From assembly GCA_033442325.1 (NCBI GenBank), contig JAWQFM010000009.1, forward strand, positions 1,864,006-1,928,005: DNA of 64,000 nt, written 5' to 3'. A model generated the notes under the pieces. That model did not search any database, was not told where the DNA came from, and worked only from the letters and a program-made list of their open reading frames with translations. The stretch is from Salpingoeca rosetta. Taxonomy: Eukaryota; Protista; Choanoflagellata. Both the position numbers and the translations under genes were made by a program. The number at the start of each line of letters is the position of its first letter. Position 1 is the first letter of the stretch. Positions 45,305-59,049 of this stretch are shown here, in pieces.

Positions 45305-47356
45305 ATGAGCGTGTCCTTGGTGGCGTGGGTGCGCGGTGTCGTGCGGCAGACGCAGGCGCGCCTCAACGGGCTGCACTGGGCGCTGTTGATGGTGTACATC
45401 CTGAACGGGCTTGTGGAGGCCTTCCCACTGACCGCGTTTGAGTCGTGGCTGCAGAACGACATCCACGTGTCGCCCAGCGCACAGTCCACCTTCTACGCCA
45501 CCATCTTCATTCCGTGGTCGCTCAAGCCGCTGTATGCGTGGATCTCGGAGTCGTTCCCCATCCACGGGCGCCGGCGAAAGCCGTACATGGTCATCAGCGG
45601 CATCATCAGCGCGTGCACGTACCTGATGGTCGCCTTTGTCGTGCGTTCGCAAACCGGTGCGCTTGCCGTCACGCTCGCCCGCACCGCCGCCAACGCCTGC
45701 ACGGAGATCATCGCAGACTTGACCATGCTGGACTACGCGGGTCGAAACGGCGCCAACGTCGGCCACATCCAGAGCGCAGTTGCTGGCGTGCGAGCCGTCT
45801 CCTCCATCCTCGCGCTCCTCATTGGCATGCCGCTCTACCCGTGCACCCGCCACGGCGCCGCCACCGCCAGCACCAGAAACGTGCTGGCAGCGACTGCCGC
45901 GTTCCCGCTCGCCATAGTGCTGTGCGCCCTGTTTCTGCCAGAGCCGTCCCCAAAGCGAGACCGGCGACCCTCGTCGCCGCACACGCCGCGCCGCACATCA
46001 CCAGCACCTGCGCTGCCAGCACCCCTGGGCTCCCTCAACTCTGGGGAGGGCAAGCTGTGGTCGCCCCAGCCGGCCGTTGCAAGCATTGGGCTGCAGGAAG
46101 AGGGGGAGGAAGAGAGGGAGGAGGAGGAGATCGACGGTGGGCAGGATGATCGAGTGCCGCTGTTGCATCGCCATCATCAGCGACAGCTCCACGACCATCA
46201 GCTCCATCACGCTGGGCACACGACATCAACCCCGTCCACACCAACCGCGCCTACTGCCACGCATGCTCACACCCCGGCTGCCACTGACCACGGCGGCGGC
46301 GGCCGGCGGTTCCCCATCTTCCAGCTGGCCATCCCGGGCGTGCTGCTCCTCCTCACGTGGAGCGCCCTGAAAGACATCATGTCCCATCGTCGCTGGCTCG
46401 ACATGCTTGCCGGGGTGCTTGCCGTGGATGTTGTCATTGCCGCCGCCATTGTGTATGCCGCCATCACCCGCCCATCTGTGCGGCTCCTCAGCGGCATCAG
46501 CGGCGTGTGGCCCGCGCTCGTCCTGTTTGCCGTGTACGCAACACCAACCTCCTCCACCCAGATCACCTCCTGGTACTATGCGCAGTGGGCCGACCACCCC
46601 TGCTATCCACAGGCCATCAACATTGTTGCCTCGGGCAGCCGCCTTGTTGGCAGCGCCCTGTACTTCAAGCTGTTTGGCACCACGCGCGGCCGGCCGCTGC
46701 TGGTTACGCTGGTGGGCTCGCTCGTCGCCGCGGCCCTTGCCCAGCTCCTGTTTGTGCCCCTCGTGCAGGGCTCCATCCCTGCACGCACGGCCCCGGAGCT
46801 CGCGTACGCGTGCGCGTGCACCCTCATCACGGGCACGGCCAGCCAGGTGGCCATGCTTGCGTTCCTGACTGTTGCCACGCGCGCATGTCCGCACCCGACG
46901 CGCGCCGACGGCGGGCTCATCTACGCACTCGTGCTCTCGTTCCTGGACTTTGGCGACTCTGTGAGTGGGTGGATCACGGCGCCCATCGCGCACGCGCTGA
47001 ACATCACGCTCACAGACTACAGCCGGCTGCCCACGCTCATCTACATTGACAGCGGGACCTCTGTTGGGGTTGCGCCCGTGACGTTAGTGCTGGCGCTGAG
47101 CCCAGCCATCTATGCTGCTGCAACAACGCGAGGACAGGACGAGCGGGAGGGAGGGGAGCCGAGGGACGAGAGGGCGTTGCATGCGGGGATTGTTGCCCCT
47201 GGTAGCGATGGTGATGGTGGCAGCGACAGTGACAGTGGTAGTGGTGGTGGTGGTAGGTCGTGGGATGAAAGAGCCTTGATTGTGGATTGGGGACTTGGAG
47301 ACGTGAGAAGAGATGACGAAGAAGCAGCAGAGGCAACAGCGAGAGGCAGGAGATAA
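45305..47356 (+). CDS. Folate-biopterin transporter (FBT/BT1 family, MFS), intronless, 683 aa
   Basis: BT1 signature IPWSLKPLYAWISESFPIHGRRRKPY; many hydrophobic helices in two halves; C-half ACP..GGLIYALVLSF..LNITLTDYSRL. Confidence 0.88.
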   Translation: MSVSLVAWVRGVVRQTQARLNGLHWALLMVYILNGLVEAFPLTAFESWLQNDIHVSPSAQSTFYATIFIPWSLKPLYAWISESFPIHGRRRKPYMVISGIISACTYLMVAFVVRSQTGALAVTLARTAANACTEIIADLTMLDYAGRNGANVGHIQSAVAGVRAVSSILALLIGMPLYPCTRHGAATASTRNVLAATAAFPLAIVLCALFLPEPSPKRDRRPSSPHTPRRTSPAPALPAPLGSLNSGEGKLWSPQPAVASIGLQEEGEEEREEEEIDGGQDDRVPLLHRHHQRQLHDHQLHHAGHTTSTPSTPTAPTATHAHTPAATDHGGGGRRFPIFQLAIPGVLLLLTWSALKDIMSHRRWLDMLAGVLAVDVVIAAAIVYAAITRPSVRLLSGISGVWPALVLFAVYATPTSSTQITSWYYAQWADHPCYPQAINIVASGSRLVGSALYFKLFGTTRGRPLLVTLVGSLVAAALAQLLFVPLVQGSIPARTAPELAYACACTLITGTASQVAMLAFLTVATRACPHPTRADGGLIYALVLSFLDFGDSVSGWITAPIAHALNITLTDYSRLPTLIYIDSGTSVGVAPVTLVLALSPAIYAAATTRGQDEREGGEPRDERALHAGIVAPGSDGDGGSDSDSGSGGGGRSWDERALIVDWGLGDVRRDDEEAAEATARGRR

Positions 47357-47533
47357 CGAATCTCATTTGTGGACGTGTGTGTGCGTGTGCGTGTGTGTGC
47401 GTTGACATAAGCAATCCCCTCTTGCCTACCCCCTTCTTCCATCTTGCCTGAAGATTCTTCGAGTGCTGTGTTGTCGTTCATCATCGGCACACACTCAGCA
47501 TCGTTACATTGTTACAACAACAACAACAACAAC

Positions 47534-47650
47534 AACACAAAGTAAGTAGCATGGAACACAAAGTAAGTAGCATGGAACACAAAGTAAGCAGCATGGAAGA
47601 GCACAGACGGAAGAAGTGGAAGCTCACGGATGGAAGCAGTGGAAACTCAC
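47534..47650. repeat. Minisatellite: 3 copies of a 21-bp unit (aacacaaagtaagtagcatgg) followed by 2 copies of ggaag(a/c)agtggaa(g/a)ctcac
   Basis: Seen directly, about 90-200 bp upstream of the ATG at 47737. Confidence 0.85.
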
Positions 47651-47736
47651 ATCATCGAAGAGCATCACAATAAATCCAACAACCAACCACGTGCAAACAA
47701 GAAGGAAGGACCACGAACAACAGCACACAGCACGTG

Positions 47737-48237
47737 ATGAGCGGTGAAGCGAGGTTTGCGTCGCGGGCATGGGGCTCGGACGTGGCTGACCCAGGCAAAG
47801 AGGAGCTGGGGCACGCGTCCACCGCCTCTGACTTTGACGCTTTTGCTGAGTTTGTGCGCAATGACATGGTCGGCTCCGACTACCGCATCACCACGCCATA
47901 TGGGGAGAGGAAACTCGTGTATGCGGACAGCACTGCTTCTGGCCGCAGCCTTCGCAGCATTGAGGACACGATCATGTCCCACGTTATGCCCCTCTACGGC
48001 AACACACACTCGGGCGCCTCGGCGTGTGGGCGCCAGACCACCCAGTTTGTTGAGGAGGCCAGGCAGCTCATCAAGAATTGCACCAACGCAACAGACGCAG
48101 GTGTGTGCATGTGTGCGCGTGCATGTGTGTGTGTCTGTGTGTGCGTCTGTGTGTGTAGCTGTATCTGTGTGCATCTACGTGTGCATGTATGTGCATGTGT
48201 GTGTGTGCATGTATGTGCATGTGTGTCTGTGTTAGTT

Positions 48238-48311
<74 letters not shown>

Positions 48312-48675
48312 CACATCGTTTGCGTGTGCCAATGCAGATGCTGGCCATCAGCGTTCTTTGACGGCCCATCTTATCTTGCACTCGCACCTCTGCTGCTGCA
48401 CGCTCAGATGTTCTCATCTTCGCTGGGACGGGGTGTACTGGCGCCGTTCACAAGCTGGCCTCCATTCTCGCCAAGACCATGGCTGAGCAACACAGCAGCA
48501 AGGATGGAGAGGCCCCAGCGTTCAAGTGCTCGTTCCCCGGCTGCTCTCGAGTATTCCGGGACCAGCAGTCCGTCCTGGTGCGCTGGTTGCTTGTGTCAGT
48601 GTGTGTGTGTGTGTGTGCATGTGTGTGCATGTGTGTGCGTGTGCGTGTGTGTGTGTGCATGTGTGTGCATGTGTG

Positions 48676-48758
<83 letters not shown>

Positions 48759-51638
48759 TCGCCCATGTCAGACTGCGCATAGTCTGGTCAACCTCCATCA
48801 ACACGCCACCTTCATGCTTCAAGTTCATCGAGTTTCCCTCCCCCTCCGGCCGTGTGTTGTTCTCATGACCATACGCTCTTGCAGCTGCACAGCAGAACAC
48901 ATACGGATGGCGAAGCAAGTGGGTTTGCAGCAGAGACCGTCACGCCAGCGTCCGAGTCAACCGAGAGGCAAGAACAACGACCCCATAGTGTGGACGCCGG
49001 TGATGACGTGCATGGCGTCGTGTTTGTTGGTCCGATGGAGCACCACTCAAACATCCTGCCCTGGACTGAGCTGCCACATGGTGCGTCATGTGTTGTGTGT
49101 GTAGGGGGGGGGTGTCATGCGACGTGTAATGTACCACCTGCTGATGACATGCACATTGTGTTTGCTGATGTACATACCCTCACAGAACACACACGCGCAC
49201 ACACGCGCGCGCACACGCAATATCACATTCACACACACACACACATTCACACACATACATTCCCACCCACACAACCACCATCACCACCATCACCAGTGCG
49301 CGTGGTGCGCATCCGGGCGGGTGCTGATGGCCGGACGGACCAGGACGACCTCAGGTCCGCAATTGCCCGATTCGCGCACGTGCGCATGAAGGTGGGCTCC
49401 TTCTCTGCGGCGTCAAACGTGACTGGGATCATGGAGGATGTGGACGGCATCACTGTATTGCTGCACCAGCACGGCTGTCTTGCGTGCTGGGACTACGCTG
49501 CTGCTGGGCCCCACGTCCAAGGTGTGCGCAATACGTGTGAGGCCGCGTGTGTGATGCAGAAGGGAGCGAGAGTGGGAGGGAGACATCATCAGAACTGTAC
49601 AGATGGACTTGATGATACATGCTGCCCATTCTGTGTGCATGCATGGATGCGTGCATGTGCATGGATGCGTTCATGTGCATGTATGTATGCATGTGCATGT
49701 ATGCGTGCATGTGCATGTCTGCGTGTGTATGTGTGTGCGTTGTTCCAAACAGGTTGCCTCTCGATCAGTCGTCGCACTGACGCCTGCCATCCCTCATTGT
49801 GCCCTCTCCCGCCCCCTGTTTGTTTTCACCCTTCCTTCTTTCATGTGTCCAGTGGACATGAACCCGAAAGTGCCTGGCCTTGCGCCGCACCTCATTGCCA
49901 AAGACGCGGTGTTCCTGTCGCCGCACAAGTTCCCCGGTGGCCCCTCAACCCCCGGCATCCTCATTGCCAAGCGCGACCTCATCGCCGCCTCCGCCCCGGC
50001 CGTTCCTGGCGGCGGCACCGTCTTCTACGTCTCCCGCACCAAACACAGGTTGGTGCGTGTGTAATGTGATGTGATGTGTGATGTGTGTTGTGTGTTGCGC
50101 TGCGTGTGTCTCTGGTGTGCGTTTGTTTGCTGGCATGTTTGTTTGTTTGTTTGTTTGTTTGTTTGTTTGTTCATTGCTCGTGATGCTTCCCCACTCCCGC
50201 CCGCAACCCCCCCCCCACCATCAATCATCAACCCCGCCACCGCCACCATCATGTAGGTACCTCGAGTCGCCCGAGGAGCGGGAGGAGGGCGGGACCCCGA
50301 ATATCATCGGTGCCGTCAGGGCAGGGCTCGTCTTCCAATACCAGGCCGCTGCTGCCACACCGCGCATTCGGGAGCGGGAGCAGGCCATTGCTCAGCGCGT
50401 GCAGTCTGCACTTGGATCCCATCCCCGCATCCACGTCCTCGGCCATCCACACGCACAACGCCTGCCCGTGAGTTGTCTGTTTTTGCACATGTATGTTGTT
50501 GTTGTGTGTGCGTGTGTGTGTGTGTGCGTGCGTGCGTACTTGTCTGTCTCGCACTCACTCCCTCACTCTCTCACTCACTTTCTCGCTCACTTTCTCACTC
50601 ACTCACACACACACACACACACCCTTCCTTCTGTCTTATTGAAATACCGTGCGCTCACTTCGCTGACCACGCCATCATCCGTGCGTGTGGTGTTGCAACT
50701 CCAGGTGTTTTCGTTCATGATCCGCTATCCGCAGTCCCCCAAATTCCTGCATTGGTCTTTCGTCACAGTCCTCCTCAACGACTTGTTCGGCATTCAGTGC
50801 CGGGGCGGGTGCGTTCGCATTGGTGTCTGTGCGTGCGCTGCTGACCATGTTCGTTCGTACATGCCCTGTGTTTGCACGCCTTCTCCTGCATGTCTCTGTG
50901 TCCGCACACAAACACACACTCTCTCTGTCACACATGTTCCTTGCGGGTCTGACTTATCCCACCACTGCCACTGGCACCACCCTGCTGCCGCTGCCACCGC
51001 AGGTGCCTGTGCGCGGGTCCATATGGCCACGACCTGCTTCACATCAGCGAGAACGATGCCGAGGCGATTGAGTCGGCCCTCATCGCCAAACGCGAGATCC
51101 TTCGCCCGGGGTTTGTCCGCGTCTCCGTCCCGTATTACTGGACCGATGCGCAGACGGATGGGCTCATATCTGCCATCCGCTTCGTTGCGGACCACGGCCA
51201 CCTCTTCCTGCAGGACTACACATTCTACGTCGACTCGGGTGCGCCTTCAACACCGCAGTGCATGTGGCTGCACGCTTTGTTGTTGTTGTTGTTGTTGTAT
51301 TAAGTTGTTGTTGTTGTTGTTTAAGTTGTTGTTGTTTAAGTTGTTGTTGTTTAAGTTGTTGTTTAAGTTGTTGTTGTTGTTGTTGTTTAAGTTGTTGTTG
51401 TTGTTGTTGTTTAAGTTGTTGTTGTTGTTGTTGTTGTTTAAGTTATTGTTTAGTTGTTGTTGTTGTTGTTGTTGTTGTTTAAGTTGTTGTTGTTGTTGTT
51501 GTTGTTTAAGTTGTTGTTGTTGTTTAAGTTGTTGTTTAAGTTGTTGTTGCTGTTGTTGTTGTTTAAGTTGTTGTTGTTTAAGTTGTTGTTGTTGTTGCTG
51601 TTGTTGTTGTTTAAGTTTTGTTGTTGTTGTTGTTTAAG

Positions 51639-51699
<61 letters not shown>

Positions 51700-51713
51700 A
51701 GTTGTTGTTTAAG

Positions 51714-51768
<55 letters not shown>

Positions 51769-51791
51769 AGTTGTTGTTGTTGTTGTTTAAG

Positions 51792-51826
<35 letters not shown>

Positions 51827-53111
51827 GGCATGGACAAGTGTGCTGTTCTGTGACACATCTACACGAATGTCAATTGGTTTCCGTTCCGTGTCATTGCTGC
51901 GAGCAAGCTACTGTGCTCCTGTTCCATTTCTCCTACCAGCCCTCATTGCTCATCTGTGCCTGCATACATACCGCGTGCGTGTGTAGGCGAGTATCGCCAC
52001 AAGTCGCTGCGCAAGACGTCGCCGCACCGGCTCTGGCTGCACGACCTCTCCTTCACCACGGGCAGCAAGGTCGAGGTGGGCTCCCTCAAGCGGAACACAG
52101 ACAGGATGGCACAGCGGTTGCCCCACACCAAGGTGTGTGCGTGTGCCTCGAGGGGGGCAATGAGTTGTCGAGTCTGATCGTGGTCGTTGCTGTAGCTGCA
52201 GTTGTGGGCGCGGCTGTGGCTGTGGTCGTGGCTGTGGCTGTGCCTGCGTTTGGAGCTGGTCAATATTCATGCGTGTCCTCATCACCATTCTCTGCCTGCG
52301 CAGTCGCTGCAAGAGCTCGTCGATGATGCGGCGCAACTCTGCAAAGGAAGGAAGCAGCCCATCACGGTGAGCACGACCGAGAATCGAGGTGGCTCTTGCA
52401 TGTGGTACATACTTGAACATCGTGTCGGCTTGTCACTGACGTTCATGTGCCGGCAAGCGCACGGACGCGCAAGAATTCGCTCACACATTCACACACGGTC
52501 ACACACATTCACACACGGTCACACACATGCACGCACATGCATGCACATGCACGCACATTCACACAGCCGGATCTTGACCCAGACATGGTGGTTGGCCTGG
52601 GACCCGAGCAGTCACACCTCCGCTGGTTTGCCTGCGAAGGAGAGGAGCAGAGCGCTGTAAACAGCAGTGGCGATGAGGATGATGGAGATGATGGAGATGA
52701 TGGAACGATTCATCTCTTGGGGAAGAGAGTCGGGGATACAGCAGCAGACGTGTGCCCGCTGGTCTCCTTCGCGCGCAACGCAGCAGCATCAGCAGGGGAG
52801 GAGTCGACGGCCCGTGATGATGGCGCTGATGGTGCTGGCGATCGTGTCCACACTGACAACGGCACTGCGTCGAAGGAGGCAGCGGAAGACCACAGGAACC
52901 CAAGCAGTGCGCCACCAGCACCTACACCACCAGCAGATGGCAAGAAGGCCAAAGGCACGGATATGACATTGACCCACGATGACGGCCACGAGAGATCGGA
53001 GGATGAACCAAAGACGAAGCGCAGCAAACTCGCCCGCCCCGACCCAAAACTCTGGCCAAAAGTCCCAAAGAGCCTCCTCAGGCCCATTGGTACGTGAAGC
53101 GATGTGCTGCG

Positions 53112-53188
<77 letters not shown>

Positions 53189-54472
53189 CGTGCGTGTGTG
53201 CCGTGTGCCGTGTGCTTGCGTATCAGTGTGCTTTTGTTAGACCCAGCTTGTTCCCACTCTCCCACTCTCCCCTCGTCTCTCCTCCCTGCTTCATCTTCGT
53301 CAGGCGAGGCCATCCGCCAGTTCTCGATGATCACCGACGGCGATCGCGTCCTGATCGGACTCTCTGGAGGGAAAGACTCCCTGACGCTGCTCCATTGCCT
53401 GCATGCACTCCAGCGCCGCGCCCCCATCTCCTTCAAGCTCGCCGCCGTCACCATGAACCCAAACTTCCCTGGCTTTGACCCGGCCCCGCTCAAGGCGTAC
53501 CTGGCGAAGCTTGGCGTCGAGTACTTCTTTGAGACGCAGGACCTGCTGCAGCTCGCCAAGGACACCAAGCCGTCCTCCATCTGCTCCTGGTGCTCCCGTA
53601 TGAAACGTGAGTCACGCCCGCTGTGTGTGTGTGTGTGTGTCTAGGACCGCGGTCGTTTGAACCCATAGCTGCGTCCTGCTTCCTCGCTCCGCTTCGTCAA
53701 AGTTGTCTTGCTCGTTACTAAATGACGTGGTCTCGTGTTGTTGAACACAGGCGGGATTCTGTACACTGTGGCGCGACGCGAGGGGTACAACGTGCTTGCA
53801 CTTGGGCAGCACCTTGACGACCTTGCAGAGAGTTTCATCATGACTGCGTTTCACAACGGCAAGCTACGCACAATGAACGCGCACTACTTGAACGACAAGG
53901 GGGATTTGCGGATCATTCGTCCGCTTGCATTTGTGCGCGAGCGCCAAACGCGCGCATTTGCTGTTGCCAATGGCCTGCCGGTGATTCAGGAGAACTGCCC
54001 AGCGTGCTTTGAGGAACCACAGGAACGATACCGCATCAAGACCATGCTCGCACAACAGGTGTTGTGTATATCTGTGTATCTGTGTGTGTGTGTCTGTGTG
54101 TGTGTGTCTGTTTATGTGAGAGTGTATATGTGTGTGTGTGAGGGTATATGTGTATCTGTATGTGCGTGCGCACGTTCATATGTGTTTATGTGTGTTTGTG
54201 CTCTAGTTATGGTGCACCGTTTGTGTTGTTGTTCTGCCGTGTGCTTCCAAGTGGTTTCCCCTGGTACACCTCAAGCCCCAACCTCACCCAAACACAAACA
54301 CCCCCCCCCCCCTCCTTTCTCGACTCACCACCACCAGGAACACCTGTTCCCGAACCTGCTCTCCAACATGCGCAAAGCGCTGCTGCCGCTGATGCGTGAA
54401 GGGTACGACGCTGCCATGACGGCGGTTGCATCCGGGGCCAGCACAGGTGGTGATGGCGCATCAACGGAGTGA
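47737..54472 (+). CDS. Fusion of a class-V PLP cysteine desulfurase-like domain (with C2H2 finger insert) and a TtcA-like PP-loop tRNA thiolase
   Basis: Desulfurase motifs: YADSTASG, YGNTHS, EHHSNILPW, FSAASNVTG, WDYAAA, SPHK (PLP Lys), PGGGTV, EEGGTP, RGGCLCAGPY. TtcA motifs: LSGGKDS, CSWCSRMKRGILY, GQHLDD..ES, IRPL, ENCPAC. Splice phases checked across the fusion region are consistent, and the exon at about 52567-53089 spans the junction. Confidence 0.9.
51278..51826. repeat. (GTT)n array interrupted by TTTAA, intronic
   Basis: About 550 bp compound microsatellite between exons ending at 51238 and starting at 51987. Confidence 0.92.
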
Positions 54473-54526
54473 ATGAGATCAAGCAAGTGGTTGTGTGTGT
54501 GTGTGTGTGCGTGTGTGTGTGTGTGT

Positions 54527-54559
<33 letters not shown>

Positions 54560-54764
54560 TATTTGTTTGGTTGTTGCTGCTGCTGTACACAAAAGTGGGG
54601 CGCGTGTTGCGCTGTGTAAGGAGGTACCGTCAACATCAGTCAAAGGTTGGAATCCGTTTATCAAGTGCCACTCCGTTCCATGCAACACAAGGGATCGATT
54701 GTTAGGGGCGAGTGGTGAGTGTAAAATTGGGGGGGGGGGGCATTGCGCGCGTGCGCGTGTGTGT

Positions 54765-56241
54765 TCACGAGAGGGCGATGAGGCGGTTGGAGTTCTCGAC
54801 GAGTTCTTCGATGGCAACACGGCCGCGCTGCTTCAAAAACTTGGCCACCCCCTCCAGCTCCTGCCAATGCGGTGTTGGGGCAATGTGCGGTGTGAACATT
54901 GTGCTGTTGGGCGGCGGGGAGGAGGACACGGGTGCAGGGGTGTGCAGGATCCCGAGATTGCATGTGCGCACGAGGGCGCACGAAAACGCACACAAACTCG
55001 CTCACTGACGAACTAACTAACAAACAAACAAAGAAACAAACGAGCGAGGGAACGAACGAGCGAGCGAACGAACGAACGAACGAACGAACGAACGAACGAA
55101 CAGACACACACACACACACAGACGCACACACACACACACACACAGACAGACGCACACACACACACACGACGCACCTCCTTTGAGACGTAGATGTACTTTC
55201 CCCTGTCGTCTGTGACGCCCGTGAGCCAGCCCATGCTCTCAAGCGCATTGACGCGGTTGATTGCCTCCTGTGTGCGCAGGTCAAAGTGCGTGGCCAGGTC
55301 CTCCAGCGACACGACCTTCTTCTCCTTGATGAAGTTGACAAAGTCCGTGAGCAGACTCTGTGACTCGTCCTGGATCTCCGTTGCCTGCGATCCCTCTGTC
55401 TCCATCACAAACATGCCCTTGATGGCCTCGTATTCCTCTTGCTCCTTCCTCTTCTGCTCCTCCAGTTGCTGTTGTTCTTCGGCCTTTCTCTCCTCCTCCT
55501 CCCTCGTCTCGGCCTCCCTCATATCCGCTGCCGCCTTTTCCTCTTCCTCTCGTCGTCGCCGCTCCTCCTCTTGCCGCCGCCGCGCAGCCTGGACGCGTGC
55601 GTGCATGTGTACGTGTGTGCATGTGTACGTGTGTGCGTGTGCGTGTGTGCGTGTGCGTGTGGATGCGCGTGTGCATGTGTACGTGTGTGTGTGTGTGTTT
55701 GTGTGTGCGTTTGCGTGTGTGTATGTGTGTGTGTGTGCGCGCGGGTGTGATACATGGGCGGTGAGACATGGGCACGATGTATGCCGTGTGCTGCATGTGC
55801 AGAGGGCGCGTGTTGCTGCAGGTGACCACGCTTGGCAGCACGCATCGCGTGGATGAATGGCTTCACCTCTGTCGCGAGGCGGCGCTGGCGCTTTTCCTGC
55901 ATCTTCTTCCACTTCTTCAAGCCAATGTGTGGGGGCCGTTGGCCTGCAATACCAGTACATGCAGGCACAGCATGGCGTTGAGAGGATGCACACAGACAAG
56001 CGCAGAGCAGGAAGGAGAGAGAGAGACAGAGAGAGGGGGGGAGAGAGGGAGACACAGACACAGACAGAGAGAGGCAGGGAGGGAGACGGAGAGAGACAGA
56101 AACAGAAAGCCCCGAGTGTTTCGACCGCAAGGCACACACACNNNNNNNNNNNNNNNNNNNNNNNNNNNNNNNNNNNNNNNNNNNNNNNNNNNNNNNNNNN
56201 NNNNNNNNNNNNNNNNNNNNNNNNNNNNNNNNNNNNNNNNN

Positions 56242-56328
<87 letters not shown>

Positions 56329-56825
56329 TTGGCGGCAAGCACAACGTGCGTACCTTTGGCGAGCATCTTGTCCAGGTCGTCACCTTCCTCGTCGTCCTCG
56401 TCGTCCGTGCTGCTTCCTTCGCTGTGATCGCCTGTTTGCTGCTGTTGAGGCGCTGCACGCGCAGCCGCTGCACCTTGCTGCCGGGTACTGGTGGCGTCGG
56501 CATTGTTCTCCTCCTCATCATCGTCCTCAGTGTCCTGCTGGCGTCCTCGCCTCCTGCGCATGACCTGGCGGCGGCCCTGCTGTCGGCCTGCTGCTGTGTT
56601 GCCCTTCTTCTGGTTCTTCTTATTCTTCTTCTTGTCATCCTCTTCGTTCTCAACGGCGTGGCCTTCGCTGTCGACTGCACGGATCAGGGACGTAGGCGCG
56701 TGGGAACAGCGTTTGGTGAGCAAGTGGTGGTTGTGGAGAACGTGGAGTGGGACCACAACATGGGAATGTGGAGGGCTGGAAGCAGCAGGGAGCGCCACCA
56801 CGAACGCCAGAAGACATACACCAGC

Positions 56826-56856
<31 letters not shown>

Positions 56857-57036
56857 TGTGTGTGTCTACACGTGTGTATTCACTCGTTCACACGCACATA
56901 CACGCACACACATCGACGCAAGCAATCGACACTGCTGACCTTTGACCGCCTTTGTGTTGTACTTGTTCCTGATGAGGATCACGGCCACGATGACAAGCGC
57001 CACCACCACCGCACCAACAACCACGGCATCAACCAT
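54765..57036 (-). CDS. DDRGK1: DDRGK domain-containing protein 1 (UFBP1, ufmylation adaptor)
   Basis: N-terminal TM anchor [22 protein letters not shown]; [12 protein letters not shown]; E-rich coiled coil; [56 protein letters not shown]. Confidence 0.96.
56142..56241. other. Assembly gap (100 N) within a DDRGK1 intron
   Basis: Run of 100 n flanked by CA repeats. Confidence 0.99.
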
Positions 57037-57155
57037 CTTTGCTTGTGCTGCTTGTGTGCCGCACGAAATTGCTGACTCAGCAATTCCCAGCTCGTCCTCA
57101 CAACCAACAAACAAACCAAGAAGAAAGAAGCACCACGACAACAGCGACGACGAAG

Positions 57156-58891
<1,736 letters not shown>

Positions 58892-59049
58892 CGCAACGCA
58901 AAAGGGGAAGAGTGGGGGGAGGGCTGGCGTGTCATAACTGTCCCATGTCACAGGCAATCAATAAAGAACAACACACACAAAGCAAGGAACACTCTGTGTA
59001 ACCGCGCACTTTCCACGCGATCACAACACAACCACACAAGCACAACATC

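Noticed and set aside
47534-47596. 21-bp direct repeats as a CRISPR array
   Set aside because: Head-to-tail with no spacers, no cas genes, and a eukaryotic context.
51278-51826. (GTT)n/TTTAA array as a telomeric or coding repeat
   Set aside because: It lies inside an intron with in-phase flanking exons and contains no TTAGGG units.
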